Shown: positions 51,151 through 60,627, numbered from the stretch's first letter. The stretch is DNA of 64,000 nt from Candidatus Omnitrophota bacterium (GCA_028865345.1 JAGWKL010000009.1:7382-71381), one strand, 5' to 3'. Notes: a model not told the origin generated them from the letters alone. Translations and numbers: made by a program.

Positions 51151-51172
51151 TTATGAGTTAATTATGAGTTAA
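51151..51172. promoter_or_regulatory. Perfect tandem direct repeat TTATGAGTTAA x2 in the promoter region of the His-rich lipoprotein gene
   Basis: The two copies are at 51151-51161 and 51162-51172, inside a TTGGTT-N17-TAAATT sigma70-like arrangement on the minus strand. Confidence 0.3.
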
Positions 51173-51212
51173 CCAAAATTAAGACAAAATGAAAACAAGA
51201 TTACGGCGGATT

Positions 51213-54200
51213 TTATTGGATAAATTTCAGAAGATTGGGAATGGGCGTAACGCCCACTATGACGCCATACAACCCCTGGGCTTTTAAAAGCATGGCCCCG
51301 AGCGCCTTATTGCTGACGATAGGGCCGAACAAGGAGCCCTGGCGTTGGAGGGTTATATTTGTAAATTTGATACCTCCCGGGTTTGCCATGGCCGCGTCGG
51401 CCCCCTTTAATGTTTGCAATTTGTTTTCGAGGTCTCTAACAAGCCCGCCGACAAACCGCCTGAGGCGGGCTTCTTTTTGCTCCACTGACAATACTTCATC
51501 ATTGTCCAAATTCATGATCCAATCATGCAAGATCCCCGATGCGCCGGAATGGGCAAACAGACCCTCCAGAAACTTTTGGAAATTGCGCCCGAGATAATAT
51601 GACAACAAGGCATTATAGCCAAACCTGTTTTCCAAACTCTTCTCCTCTGCTATAAATGCCTTGATCCCGCTGCCCTTTTCCTCAAAGACCTCCGGCACTC
51701 CAATGACGCTGAACTTGAACGATTTGACGCCGTTGCGCCCCGTATTCAATATCCCATTGATGGTTTGCTGGTCGTCCCCTAAGGCCTCAACGATCCTTTC
51801 CTGTGTATCTTTGTCCAGTTTGGCTTCTCTCTTGCGATGCTCAATGACCATTTCATATTCCTTCAGATAAGCCGCTGAAGTCAGCAAATAATAGGCGATC
51901 CGGTTTAATCGCGGCCCCAAGGCCGCGTTTTGGTAAAACTCCAAATGCTCCGGATCTTTGTTCCATAACCCGATCAATGGTTTATAGACCGTATCCAGCC
52001 ACGCATGGGAAGTGTCTTGTCTGGGCATCAGAATATTCCCCTTGCCGGGGTGGTTGAAATCCACAGGGATGCCCTGATCAGCCAGAACACCGGTCCTCCA
52101 TGTTCCTGAACCCACGTATGCCCCATTGGCTGTTCCGTCTTCTTCCCATGCCCCGTTAGCCTCGTTATCATCCGAGTCCTGGATCTCCACATCGAGCGCC
52201 GCCAAAAAAAGGATCTTCTCTTCCCGTGTGATGCTCTGGACAAACTGAAAACTTCCCGGAAAATCCTGGGGCCTCTTGTTTTTTTCATCAGCGATCTTGT
52301 TTTCCAAACTTTTCAATTCAGCCGCAAGTTTTTCGCTGGCTTCCGTATGCTGGTTGTTCCCCAATAAAACCACGTCATAACCGAGTTGAACCAACATCCA
52401 AATGTTGTCGTCCGTCAAAGCCCTTTGCCGGCCGGCCTTTTCCGGCACAAGGCGGCGGACATAGCCCAACACCGGCCTGTCCAAATCCACGTGCACAAAG
52501 CCGCCGTTGGCGGTCATGATCCCGGCCGCGTTAAGCCTTACTTTGCTTGCTCTTTTTGTCAATGCCTCCTCGCGGGCCGTCGGCCTTTCAAAATCAGCGT
52601 TCTGGGGGATCACATTTTCCTGCTGGAGCTTTTTGAATTCTTCACGGTAGACGGCCGCCATTTCTTCCGGCACCGCGCCGTTTGTCACGGCAACCAGGAC
52701 CGAATTGGGATCATTGCCCCTCATGCGGTCCGCATGGCTGTTGGCCACCGCCCCGAAGAAATCGGCCAGTCTTCCGCCTCCGCTGGTATAATCGATATAC
52801 TGGACCCCGCGCCTAAACGCATTGATATAAAAATCCTTGATCCCCATCATGTGTTTTAGAAAAACATCCACCGCCCATTTAACGTCACCGTTGCCTCCGC
52901 GGTTTAAATCGGTATGCGTGGTATATGCCCATACAATATTTTTAACCGCATCATCCGAGCCGAACCTGCTCATCGTGACCGCTTCCAACGGCCCGAATTG
53001 CCCGTCATTACCATGTACGATGGCCGGTTCCCAGGTCTGTCCCTGCTGTTCCATGGCCTGCCTTCTGTTCGTTTCCAGCCGTTTGATCAACTCGGCGCTG
53101 GCAATGTTCAAAAATGCCATGGACTCTTCTTTACTGACAGGGTTGTTTTTTGCGCTGTAGTTATAAAGCATCTTTGTATAATATGAACTGCCGTCCGCCT
53201 GGACATCGCGGATCAGATAGGTCGCGATACCGTTCTTGTCGATGCCCCTGGCCACCCTCACGTGCACCTGTTTATACCCATTTCCGTCGCTGTTACCGAT
53301 CTGGATATCAAAATCATCAAAATCATTATTCAGGTCCCTGATACCCTGATTGGGGGCCGCATAATCCAGGGGATTGCCGTTGATATCTAATTGATAGTCC
53401 GGTTCGATATAGTTGACATCCGCGCCCAGATCATGCATCCCTTTTCCATGGAATTCCATGACCGGGCCCAGGCCCCCTGTCCAGTAATGGATCTCTGCGG
53501 CCAGCATGTAGATCGCCCGCCCCTGCAAATTCGGCCTTTTGTCCGCCAGCCATGTCTTACGGTCAAAAATGCGGTTCATCAAAAAGATCTTATCGACCAA
53601 TTCCGGCTGTTTTTTGCCTTTGTACTTTTTTTGAAGGGCCTTGATCAGATCGTCTTCCTGAGCTTTGGACAACAGCGTGATCGCCTTTAATACCGGCCAT
53701 GCCGACTGCACAGGATATAACCTTTGGGATTGCACATAAGCAGAATATTTGTCAATAAAGGCATAAAGCCCTGCCCGGTTAAATTTCCCTCTCTTATTCA
53801 AAAGCCCTTTAAGCTCATCCAAAAGACCCCAAGGCCTATTGAGGTCATACCAGTTGGAATATGATTCGGCCGGGGATGGATTAAAAACGACCTGGATATC
53901 CACGTCATTTTCTGTGCCGGCAGCCATGGCCAGGTCGCCATCGGAAGCCCTGGTAAAATGCACGGGCTGATCCACAAAACCGCCCGAAAAATACTTGCGC
54001 GGTATGGGCTGGTTGGAAAAACGGTCCGTCTCTTCTTTGATAAAGTTGAAAACGCCTCTTTTATAAGAAGCCAGATAACGGTGATAGATAAGCTCCTTGT
54101 TTTTGGGGTTATTGAGGTCGATCCCCGAGACTTTATCGCGGCCGGAAAAATCTTTATTGAGGATGGACTGTTTAAAAGCCTCCTGGTACCATTGCGCCAG

Positions 54201-54356
54201 GATGAGCGAATAGAACACCTGTCTTACTCTCGCAAAATTCTTATTTTCATTCACGGCTTTTTCTACGGCAGGAAGCAGGACCTCACGTAAAACCTGTCTG
54301 GATATGTCCTTGGTCTGGGCATTGCCGGCTTGTCCATGGCTTGCATTGCCAATCAC
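51213..54356 (-). CDS. Large (1047 aa) protein with a diverged alpha-glucan phosphorylase (GT35)-like core and an N-terminal extension of about 300 aa
   Basis: TGGLGPV...GKGMHDLG resembles SGGLGVLAGDHLKSASDLG. HGNDGQ resembles H.NEGH. AYTTHT resembles AYTNHT. The C-terminal GGIKFTN resembles the PLP-Lys GNMKFMLNG. Confidence 0.4.
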   Translation of the reverse strand: MIGNASHGQAGNAQTKDISRQVLREVLLPAVEKAVNENKNFARVRQVFYSLILAQWYQEAFKQSILNKDFSGRDKVSGIDLNNPKNKELIYHRYLASYKRGVFNFIKEETDRFSNQPIPRKYFSGGFVDQPVHFTRASDGDLAMAAGTENDVDIQVVFNPSPAESYSNWYDLNRPWGLLDELKGLLNKRGKFNRAGLYAFIDKYSAYVQSQRLYPVQSAWPVLKAITLLSKAQEDDLIKALQKKYKGKKQPELVDKIFLMNRIFDRKTWLADKRPNLQGRAIYMLAAEIHYWTGGLGPVMEFHGKGMHDLGADVNYIEPDYQLDINGNPLDYAAPNQGIRDLNNDFDDFDIQIGNSDGNGYKQVHVRVARGIDKNGIATYLIRDVQADGSSYYTKMLYNYSAKNNPVSKEESMAFLNIASAELIKRLETNRRQAMEQQGQTWEPAIVHGNDGQFGPLEAVTMSRFGSDDAVKNIVWAYTTHTDLNRGGNGDVKWAVDVFLKHMMGIKDFYINAFRRGVQYIDYTSGGGRLADFFGAVANSHADRMRGNDPNSVLVAVTNGAVPEEMAAVYREEFKKLQQENVIPQNADFERPTAREEALTKRASKVRLNAAGIMTANGGFVHVDLDRPVLGYVRRLVPEKAGRQRALTDDNIWMLVQLGYDVVLLGNNQHTEASEKLAAELKSLENKIADEKNKRPQDFPGSFQFVQSITREEKILFLAALDVEIQDSDDNEANGAWEEDGTANGAYVGSGTWRTGVLADQGIPVDFNHPGKGNILMPRQDTSHAWLDTVYKPLIGLWNKDPEHLEFYQNAALGPRLNRIAYYLLTSAAYLKEYEMVIEHRKREAKLDKDTQERIVEALGDDQQTINGILNTGRNGVKSFKFSVIGVPEVFEEKGSGIKAFIAEEKSLENRFGYNALLSYYLGRNFQKFLEGLFAHSGASGILHDWIMNLDNDEVLSVEQKEARLRRFVGGLVRDLENKLQTLKGADAAMANPGGIKFTNITLQRQGSLFGPIVSNKALGAMLLKAQGLYGVIVGVTPIPNLLKFIQ

Positions 54357-55111
54357 AGTCTTTGGGCCTGATAATCTTCGTCCAGCATCACCTTCAAATG
54401 GGCATGAAGGATATAAACCGTGTCCCCCTTTTCATACACCGTCGCCTTCTCGGGAAGTATCCATATCTTATTGATGACATTAACCGGGATCTGGGTGACG
54501 CCGAATTTCCGGTAGGCCTCATCATAGACCTTATTCCAAAACTTCTTGCCCAGACGGCTTTCAGGATAAATAAGAGAGGCCCCCACCTGCTTGAGGATAT
54601 AATCTTCAGCCAGAAGGTCACGGCCTAGCTGGGTCTTGTTCAATACATCGGGAATGATATGGTTCTTCTGGACCGGTGATAAGTTGACCCAAAGGTCTTT
54701 TTCAGGCACCGCCAAAGCCGCCAGGAAATAATTCACCAGGCGCTGTGACGTTTTATGAAAATCTTCAGCGTTTAATCTTTGGTCACCCGGATCAACGATA
54801 AAATCAAAAAGGAAAGGATCATCAGGATGTATCTTCAGGCCTTTGATCAAAACAGGCCTGAAAGGTGGACTTAAATTGACCCTGACCCCTGGTTTTGGCA
54901 AAAGAAACGGTAAGGTGGAAAAATCATCGGACGCCGATTGGGCCCGGGAAGACGGCAGATATATTGACGAGGCGATAAAATTAAATATTATCCAAATGCA
55001 TAAAATGCGTCTCACATTTGTCATGGAAGCCGCCGGCATAGTTAATAATTGAATAATAGGGCCTACTGAAAAGATAGCATATCGAAGATTAAAAAACAAA
55101 TTTTCAAACAA
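54353..55111 (-). CDS. Hypothetical exported protein co-transcribed with the large phosphorylase-like gene
   Basis: Its stop overlaps the downstream ATG. The N-terminus has a hydrophobic signal/anchor segment. Confidence 0.5.
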   Translation of the reverse strand: MFENLFFNLRYAIFSVGPIIQLLTMPAASMTNVRRILCIWIIFNFIASSIYLPSSRAQSASDDFSTLPFLLPKPGVRVNLSPPFRPVLIKGLKIHPDDPFLFDFIVDPGDQRLNAEDFHKTSQRLVNYFLAALAVPEKDLWVNLSPVQKNHIIPDVLNKTQLGRDLLAEDYILKQVGASLIYPESRLGKKFWNKVYDEAYRKFGVTQIPVNVINKIWILPEKATVYEKGDTVYILHAHLKVMLDEDYQAQRL

Positions 55112-55506
55112 AAAAATGCGGTATAACGTTAAGGCGGGATTTATTGAACTTAGATAAAAGGATCGAAGTTGCCGGCACCTCCTATCCCTCGAGGGGCATA
55201 TTTACATCCCTTTTTTTCACATTCCATGTCTTTATCCGAACATTTTTTTATGCGCCAGGAGATGGCATCTTTTCTGCCTATTTCCGAGACAGCCTCTTTC
55301 ATAAGAGTGATCGTTTTACTTTTAAAATTACAATGAATATTAACAAATTGTGTTTTGTACATTTTTCTACCCAAAAAAACAGCCTTTTCTCCCAAACGGA
55401 AGAAAAGGCAACGGCTTTTCTTTGACTTGTCCTTATAACAATAGTCCTAACAGGAACCTATGTCAAAAGTATTTTTATAGGGTGTCAATGCCAAACTTGT
55501 ACCATA

Positions 55507-55929
55507 TCAAAGATCAAACGATTTTAGCAATTTGGCCGTGGGGTATGTTTCTAAATGAGGGATATTTTCAAAATCTTTATCATTGGACCAAATAGGTATG
55601 CCCTTAGCAAGTGCTAAAGCTGCCAGAGGAATGTCATCCATATCTCTTTGACCAATATATGTTTTAGCCTGAGTTAATTTAGATTTATATTCATCTTCTC
55701 CAATTATCTTGACTGGCAGCATTTTAAATTGCACCCATAAAGCTTTAAGATCGATATGGTATTTTGCGCCGAGAAAAGGAAGATAATCCTCAACCTCTCC
55801 GGCATTAAACTCGGTGGTCAGGATTTCAAGGTTTGTTCGGGTAAAAACCTTCAGCGCGGCATGACCAATAACTGCAGAAAGTAAAACATTACTGTCTGCT
55901 GCGACGCTTTTTAAAGACTTTGAAGTCAT
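55507..55929 (-). CDS. vapC: PIN-domain toxin
   Basis: It has an N-terminal acidic DSNVLL and later conserved Asp residues. Its length is typical for VapC. Confidence 0.75.
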   Translation of the reverse strand: MTSKSLKSVAADSNVLLSAVIGHAALKVFTRTNLEILTTEFNAGEVEDYLPFLGAKYHIDLKALWVQFKMLPVKIIGEDEYKSKLTQAKTYIGQRDMDDIPLAALALAKGIPIWSNDKDFENIPHLETYPTAKLLKSFDL

Positions 55930-56155
55930 CTAAAATTTCTTTCTCAGTTACTTTTTTCTGACTTAATGCTGAAGCGATTCTGCCGCCCATTTGAGCCACG
56001 AATTCCTTCTTTAACTCAATAGGAAGCTTGGCAGATTCTTCTAAAGGCAGAAAACAGCCCACCATTTTGCCATGGTTGGTCACCAAAACCATTTCTCCTT
56101 CTTTGCCATACTCTGCCAGGGAACTTCTGAATTCACGAATAGAAGCTAATTTCAT
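55889..56155 (-). CDS. vapB: Antitoxin of the VapBC/Phd-YefM type
   Basis: It is an 88-aa protein immediately upstream of, and overlapping, the PIN gene. The start was taken at the internal ATG of MKLASIREF. Confidence 0.55.
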   Translation of the reverse strand: MKLASIREFRSSLAEYGKEGEMVLVTNHGKMVGCFLPLEESAKLPIELKKEFVAQMGGRIASALSQKKVTEKEILDDFKVFKKRRSRQ

Positions 56156-56250
56156 AATTTTTACCTCCCGAGCCCAACTATAGCACACAAAATAAAATGT
56201 GTCAAATATGTGTACACATTATTCTTGTGTTTAGGCTGTAGCTTGTCCTT

Positions 56251-56502
56251 TTACTTGGCCAATCTATTGTAAAGCCAGGCAAAGACAGCACAACCGATAC
56301 CGGCATCCAAAAAGGCCCAGGCTGCGCCAAAGATGCTTCCGGGAATAGTTGCAGAGTAACCGATATAGAAAGTCCCCAGCGCGGCCACAAATTTGGCGCA
56401 ATAACCGCAAGTCATCGCCGAAATACCCATGATGAAAACCCCGGCACTCCAAAGGATGCCCCCTGCCAGCCCAAAAGCTTTTATATCCAGTTTTCCGTTC
56501 AT
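56251..56502 (-). CDS. Small Gly-rich two- or three-TM membrane protein
   Basis: The product is 83 aa and hydrophobic. Confidence 0.45.
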   Translation of the reverse strand: MNGKLDIKAFGLAGGILWSAGVFIMGISAMTCGYCAKFVAALGTFYIGYSATIPGSIFGAAWAFLDAGIGCAVFAWLYNRLAK

Positions 56503-56550
56503 GTTCCCCCCTTTTTATTTGCTTCGGTATGATCTTAGTAAGAATTTGGC

Positions 56551-57024
56551 TTGGTATTACAAAAGTTGTATAATAAAGATGCCATGAGATTAAAAATTAT
56601 TATATTTTCAGCTTTTTTCATGCTCATAGCCCTTCCCGCTTCCTTTGCCTGGCGGGATGCGGACGGCTATTGGGGCCCAAACGGCTATTGGCATTATTAC
56701 GGAAGCGGACGCGACCAGCCTTATTCCTATTACATCGATGAATATTATTCTCCCGGATTTGTCCATTATCCGTTGGTCGACCCGGACTTTATTGCCTACG
56801 TCAATACTACAGCGGTGCCTGCGGTTTCCCCCCTGGCCCCGCAACTACAGATCCCTGTTGCGCCCCCTCAGCAAAATGAATTTACGGTCAATATCCCCAA
56901 TGACCACGGAGGCTATACGCCTGTTCTTATAAAAAGATCGGGCAATGGATACACCGGCCCCCAAGGTGAATTTTATTACACCTTTCCCGCCGTGTCGCAA
57001 CTTAAGTTGATGTACGGAAAATAA
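56551..57024 (+). CDS. Secreted Tyr/Pro-rich hypothetical protein
   Basis: It has a signal peptide (MRLKIIIFSAFFMLIALPASFA) and a low-complexity Tyr-rich mature region. Confidence 0.45.
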   Translation: MVLQKLYNKDAMRLKIIIFSAFFMLIALPASFAWRDADGYWGPNGYWHYYGSGRDQPYSYYIDEYYSPGFVHYPLVDPDFIAYVNTTAVPAVSPLAPQLQIPVAPPQQNEFTVNIPNDHGGYTPVLIKRSGNGYTGPQGEFYYTFPAVSQLKLMYGK

Positions 57025-57027
57025 TTT

Positions 57028-57468
57028 TTATTTTTTCTTCGGCGCCGCTTTTTTCTTCACAGCGGTCTTTTTAGCTGCTGCCGGCTTTTTCTTGGGGCCG
57101 GCCTTGGGTGCTTGCTTGGGCGCCTGGATAAAAGAAGGGGCCATATTGGGATTATGGTCCTCCGCCCTGATGGGGCCATTGCCCCTTTTTCTTAAAGCAA
57201 AGCATTCCTTGCAATATACCGGACGGCCTTCGGCAGGTTTAAAAGGCAGGGATGCCTCTTTGCCGCAGTCGGCACAGGTGATCTTGTACATGACCTTTGC
57301 AAGACGCTGCTGTTGAGCGTTCATGGCCGGATTTTGAGGCTGGGACATCAACACGGGGGTGGCCATCACGCGGCCCATGACAAGGTCCAGTTTTTTGTCC
57401 AGCGAAGAGATCTGTTCCTGAATCTTGGAGATCAATTCCAAAATTTCTGATTCTGTCTGTGCCTTCAT
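57028..57468 (-). CDS. MJ0042-type zinc-ribbon protein with N-terminal coiled coil and Lys/Ala/Pro-rich histone-H1-like tail
   Basis: ITCADCGKE...PVYCKECF is a C-x2-C-x17-C-x2-C ribbon. The C-terminus is PKKKPAAAKKTAVKKKAAPKKK. Confidence 0.55.
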   Translation of the reverse strand: MKAQTESEILELISKIQEQISSLDKKLDLVMGRVMATPVLMSQPQNPAMNAQQQRLAKVMYKITCADCGKEASLPFKPAEGRPVYCKECFALRKRGNGPIRAEDHNPNMAPSFIQAPKQAPKAGPKKKPAAAKKTAVKKKAAPKKK

Positions 57469-57947
57469 GGGGTCAGGACCCCGCCGGTGCTCATGGTTTC
57501 CGTGGTGCTTCCGCCGGTGCTCATGGTTTCCGTGGTAGTCCCGCCGGCAGTCGTATCGGCGTTCATCAAATCCATCAAATCAGCGGAATACTGCTTGGCA
57601 AATTTCGAAGCCAAATATTGCATGCTTTTTACGTTCATATCCAGGTCAACTTCCGTAATAAGATTTAAATCCTTGTCATATTTCATCAATTTATTGCCAT
57701 AAGCGACTATGACCCCGTTATCGACGGGAACCATGGTCGGCTGTCCTATCATCCTGTAAATCACCCCCATCTCAAACAAGGACTCCATAAACTTCTTTAT
57801 TTTTTTCTTGGTCATTTGCGGAGTCATTCCAAGCGGAGGCATTCCCATAGGCCTGCCCATTGCCTTGTATTTATATGGATTTTGGGCAAAAACCGGCGGC
57901 GCGATCATGACCGACGCCAACAGGACCGCAACAAAAACTTTAAACAT
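57465..57947 (-). CDS. Secreted protein with a C-terminal Thr/Gly-rich tandem repeat
   Basis: It has a signal peptide and a C-terminal (TTETMSTGGS)x2+ repeat. Its stop overlaps the start of the Zn-ribbon gene. Confidence 0.5.
   Translation of the reverse strand: MFKVFVAVLLASVMIAPPVFAQNPYKYKAMGRPMGMPPLGMTPQMTKKKIKKFMESLFEMGVIYRMIGQPTMVPVDNGVIVAYGNKLMKYDKDLNLITEVDLDMNVKSMQYLASKFAKQYSADLMDLMNADTTAGGTTTETMSTGGSTTETMSTGGVLTP
57481..57550. repeat. 30-nt tandem direct repeat (2.3 copies) inside the coding sequence
   Basis: CCGCCGGTGCTCATGGTTTCCGTGGTGCTT is repeated with 2 mismatches and followed by a partial third copy. Confidence 0.8.
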
Positions 57948-57950
57948 AAG

Positions 57951-58217
57951 TCACTCCTTTATCAGTTTCCGGTTGATCGTGGCGGTATCTTCCACCATGT
58001 CCCACTTGGTCCAATACAAATATTCCCCTATGTCGATGCAAATGTAAGAGATCCCCTGCAACGAGATCACATAACCCTTTTTCTTGATTTGATGCACGAA
58101 ATCCTCGAACTCCTGGCGTTTATCTTCTTCACAAACATAAAATTGATGGCTTTGGTCATCACTTGTTTCCCAGCGGATCTTCTGTATGAACGGGTCGGTT
58201 TCTTTCATTTTTGACAA
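57951..58217 (-). CDS. Hypothetical 88-aa acidic protein
   Basis: The ORF lies between the sensory-GAF gene and the secreted-repeat gene. No motif was recognised. Confidence 0.35.
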   Translation of the reverse strand: MSKMKETDPFIQKIRWETSDDQSHQFYVCEEDKRQEFEDFVHQIKKKGYVISLQGISYICIDIGEYLYWTKWDMVEDTATINRKLIKE

Positions 58218-58239
58218 ACAAAAGAAAAGCCTCTGCCCC

Positions 58240-59226
58240 CTATGGATTTTTCTCCATGGAAACGCCGCCTATGGCAGCGGAAGTCAGCTTAAAGAGATTC
58301 TGGATGAATTCCTCGCTATGGCCCTCCGGACGGCCGGGGCCGTTTCGGAAGGAAAGATTCAACACCCCCAAAGCATCATGCCCGACGGCCATGAGGGGCA
58401 TGACGATCGAATACTTGATTTCGGGCCGTTTGAGAAGGTGTTGGATGCGGTTATTGGGATGGGCGCTGTCGATGACCAGCGTTTTTTTCTCTTTCATGGC
58501 AAACCCCGCAAGCCCCTCTTCTTTTTTTAAAGAAGGCCTCGGCACCCACCGTTCATCCAGGCCGCGGGAAACTTTGATCATAAATTCATCGGTCCGGTCA
58601 TCAACGGTCATGATGGAACCGCTTTCGGCCTGGGTCATGAACATGGCCATGTCGAGAATGGCGGTATAAATTTCGTCCATGGGAACGGAAGCTTCTTGCA
58701 GCTTCCTGCGCTCGTAATTGGCCTGCACGGTGTATTGGGAAAGTTCAAAGAGCAATTCCAAGATCGAACGCAGGCTGGTATAGGAAAGTATGCGCACCTG
58801 GTCGATCTCACTCAGGATGTCTTCGGCAAAGCCACCCTGGGCGGCGATCAGGAACTCATATTCCGCGCGTGTAAAGCGCTTATTTAAAATGACCGGCCCC
58901 ACGACAATATAGGCCAGCGGTTTGCCGGGCTGTATCTGCACGGGGATGGCAAAACTGCTTAAGGCCAGAGGGTCCTTATATTCCAGGTATCCTTCAGGAG
59001 AGGCTGTAAACCTGTCCAAAATATTAAACGGTCCGTCCTTGGTTTCATCGGCCCTGGCAGACCTGGCGTATCTGGAGATCAGGCGCCAGCCGTAGGCATC
59101 CGTCTTCGGCGTCAATAAGATCTTTCCATTGATATCGACGATAAAGATATTGGTCTTCAGCACATCGATGAAACTGTGCACGATAGGCTTGAGCTTTTCA
59201 AATTGGATGAGTTCGTTTAAGTCCAT
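58240..59226 (-). CDS. Sensory protein with N-terminal PocR-like region and C-terminal GAF domain, no output domain
   Basis: It has GAF-like residues in the C-terminal half and lies directly downstream of the sigma-54 regulator. Confidence 0.5.
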   Translation of the reverse strand: MDLNELIQFEKLKPIVHSFIDVLKTNIFIVDINGKILLTPKTDAYGWRLISRYARSARADETKDGPFNILDRFTASPEGYLEYKDPLALSSFAIPVQIQPGKPLAYIVVGPVILNKRFTRAEYEFLIAAQGGFAEDILSEIDQVRILSYTSLRSILELLFELSQYTVQANYERRKLQEASVPMDEIYTAILDMAMFMTQAESGSIMTVDDRTDEFMIKVSRGLDERWVPRPSLKKEEGLAGFAMKEKKTLVIDSAHPNNRIQHLLKRPEIKYSIVMPLMAVGHDALGVLNLSFRNGPGRPEGHSEEFIQNLFKLTSAAIGGVSMEKNP

Positions 59227-59241
59227 GATATCAACCGTTGA

Positions 59242-60627
59242 TTATTTGAATGAGATGCCGTATTTTTTCATTTTATTGTAAAGGGTCGTCCTGTTGATGC
59301 CGAGGCTCGCCGCGGTCAGGCTGCGGTTGCCGTTCATTTCTCTTAGCTTGGTCAGGATAAGTTCTTTGGCCGGTTCTTTCAAGCCGTCCTCCAAAGACTG
59401 GTGTACGGTATTCCTTTCCTTACGCTCTGCGGCGTTGAAGGTCACAGGGAGGTCCCGCTTGTTGATGCAATGGGTCTGGGCCATGATCACGGAGCCTTCG
59501 ATCACGTTTTCCAGCTGCCTGATATTGCCGGGCCAGCGGTATTCCATAAAGAGTTTTTTGACCTCGTCAGAAATGCCTTTGACATTTTTATTATTTTTCT
59601 CATTGGAGACCCGGATAAAATGTTCCACCAATAAATTGATATCATCTTTTCTCTGCCTCAAAGGGGCGATGGCAATGGGGATGACATGGATGCGGTAATA
59701 CAAGTCTTCCCTGAATTTCCCCTCTTCCACCAGCTTTTCAAGGTCTTGATTAGTGGCCACGATCACCCGGGCGTCGGTCTTGCGCGTCTGGGTGTCCCCC
59801 ACGCGTTCGTATCCGCCGTCCTGCAATACCCTCAAGAGCTTCACCTGGAGTTCCTGCGAGCAGGTGTCGATTTCATCCAGGAAAATGGTGGCGCCGTCGG
59901 CCAGCTCGAAACGGCCGGCCTTGTCGCGGATGGCGCCTGTAAAAGCGCCCTTCACGTGGCCGAACAACTCGCTTTCCAAAAGCGTTTCAGAAAGGGCGCC
60001 GCAACTGACCTCCACAAAAGGCTTGGCCCTGCGGTTCTGGTCGTGCTGGTGGATGGCGCGGGCGACCAGGCCTTTGCCGGTGCCGCTTTCGCCTGAGATC
60101 ATAATGGTGGCATTGGTCGAAGCCACGGACTCGATAAGCCGGTAGACCTGCTGCATGGCTTCGCTTTGTCCGACGATCCCGTAAAATGTGGACCGTTTTT
60201 TCATTTCCACCATGGCCCTCAGCTCGATGTTTTCCCTCAGGAGCTCTTTTTTTTCGATGATCCTGGCGATGATCAGCTTGATCTCTTCGTCATGGATGGG
60301 CTTGGTGACATAATCAAAAGCATGCTGCTTCATCGCGGAGACGGCCGACTCAATGGTCCCGTAGCCGGTGATCACAATGACCTCGGTGGCCGGAAAATTC
60401 TTTTTAATAAAGCCCAGCAGGTCGATGCCGTCGGCATCGGCAAGCTTGAGGTCGGTGATAACGATGTCAAAAAGGGTTTTGCGGACAAGCTCCTTGGCTT
60501 CCTGCATGGCGGAAGCCATCTGCACCCGGAAGCCTTCGATCTTGAGGATCTCATAAAGCGATTTGCGGATGAGAGGCTCGTCATCAACGATCAAAATATG
60601 GTAATTTTTATAGCGTTCGTCCATCAT
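59242..60627 (-). CDS. Sigma-54-dependent response regulator (NtrC family)
   Basis: It has REC (ILIVDDEPLIR), AAA+ Walker A GESGTGKG, GAFTGA, and a C-terminal Fis-type HTH. Confidence 0.9.
   Translation of the reverse strand: MMDERYKNYHILIVDDEPLIRKSLYEILKIEGFRVQMASAMQEAKELVRKTLFDIVITDLKLADADGIDLLGFIKKNFPATEVIVITGYGTIESAVSAMKQHAFDYVTKPIHDEEIKLIIARIIEKKELLRENIELRAMVEMKKRSTFYGIVGQSEAMQQVYRLIESVASTNATIMISGESGTGKGLVARAIHQHDQNRRAKPFVEVSCGALSETLLESELFGHVKGAFTGAIRDKAGRFELADGATIFLDEIDTCSQELQVKLLRVLQDGGYERVGDTQTRKTDARVIVATNQDLEKLVEEGKFREDLYYRIHVIPIAIAPLRQRKDDINLLVEHFIRVSNEKNNKNVKGISDEVKKLFMEYRWPGNIRQLENVIEGSVIMAQTHCINKRDLPVTFNAAERKERNTVHQSLEDGLKEPAKELILTKLREMNGNRSLTAASLGINRTTLYNKMKKYGISFK

Noticed and set aside
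57481-57550. 30-nt tandem repeat considered as a possible CRISPR-like or minisatellite array
   Set aside because: There are only 2.3 copies with no spacers and no cas genes. It is in frame within a coding sequence and encodes a peptide repeat.
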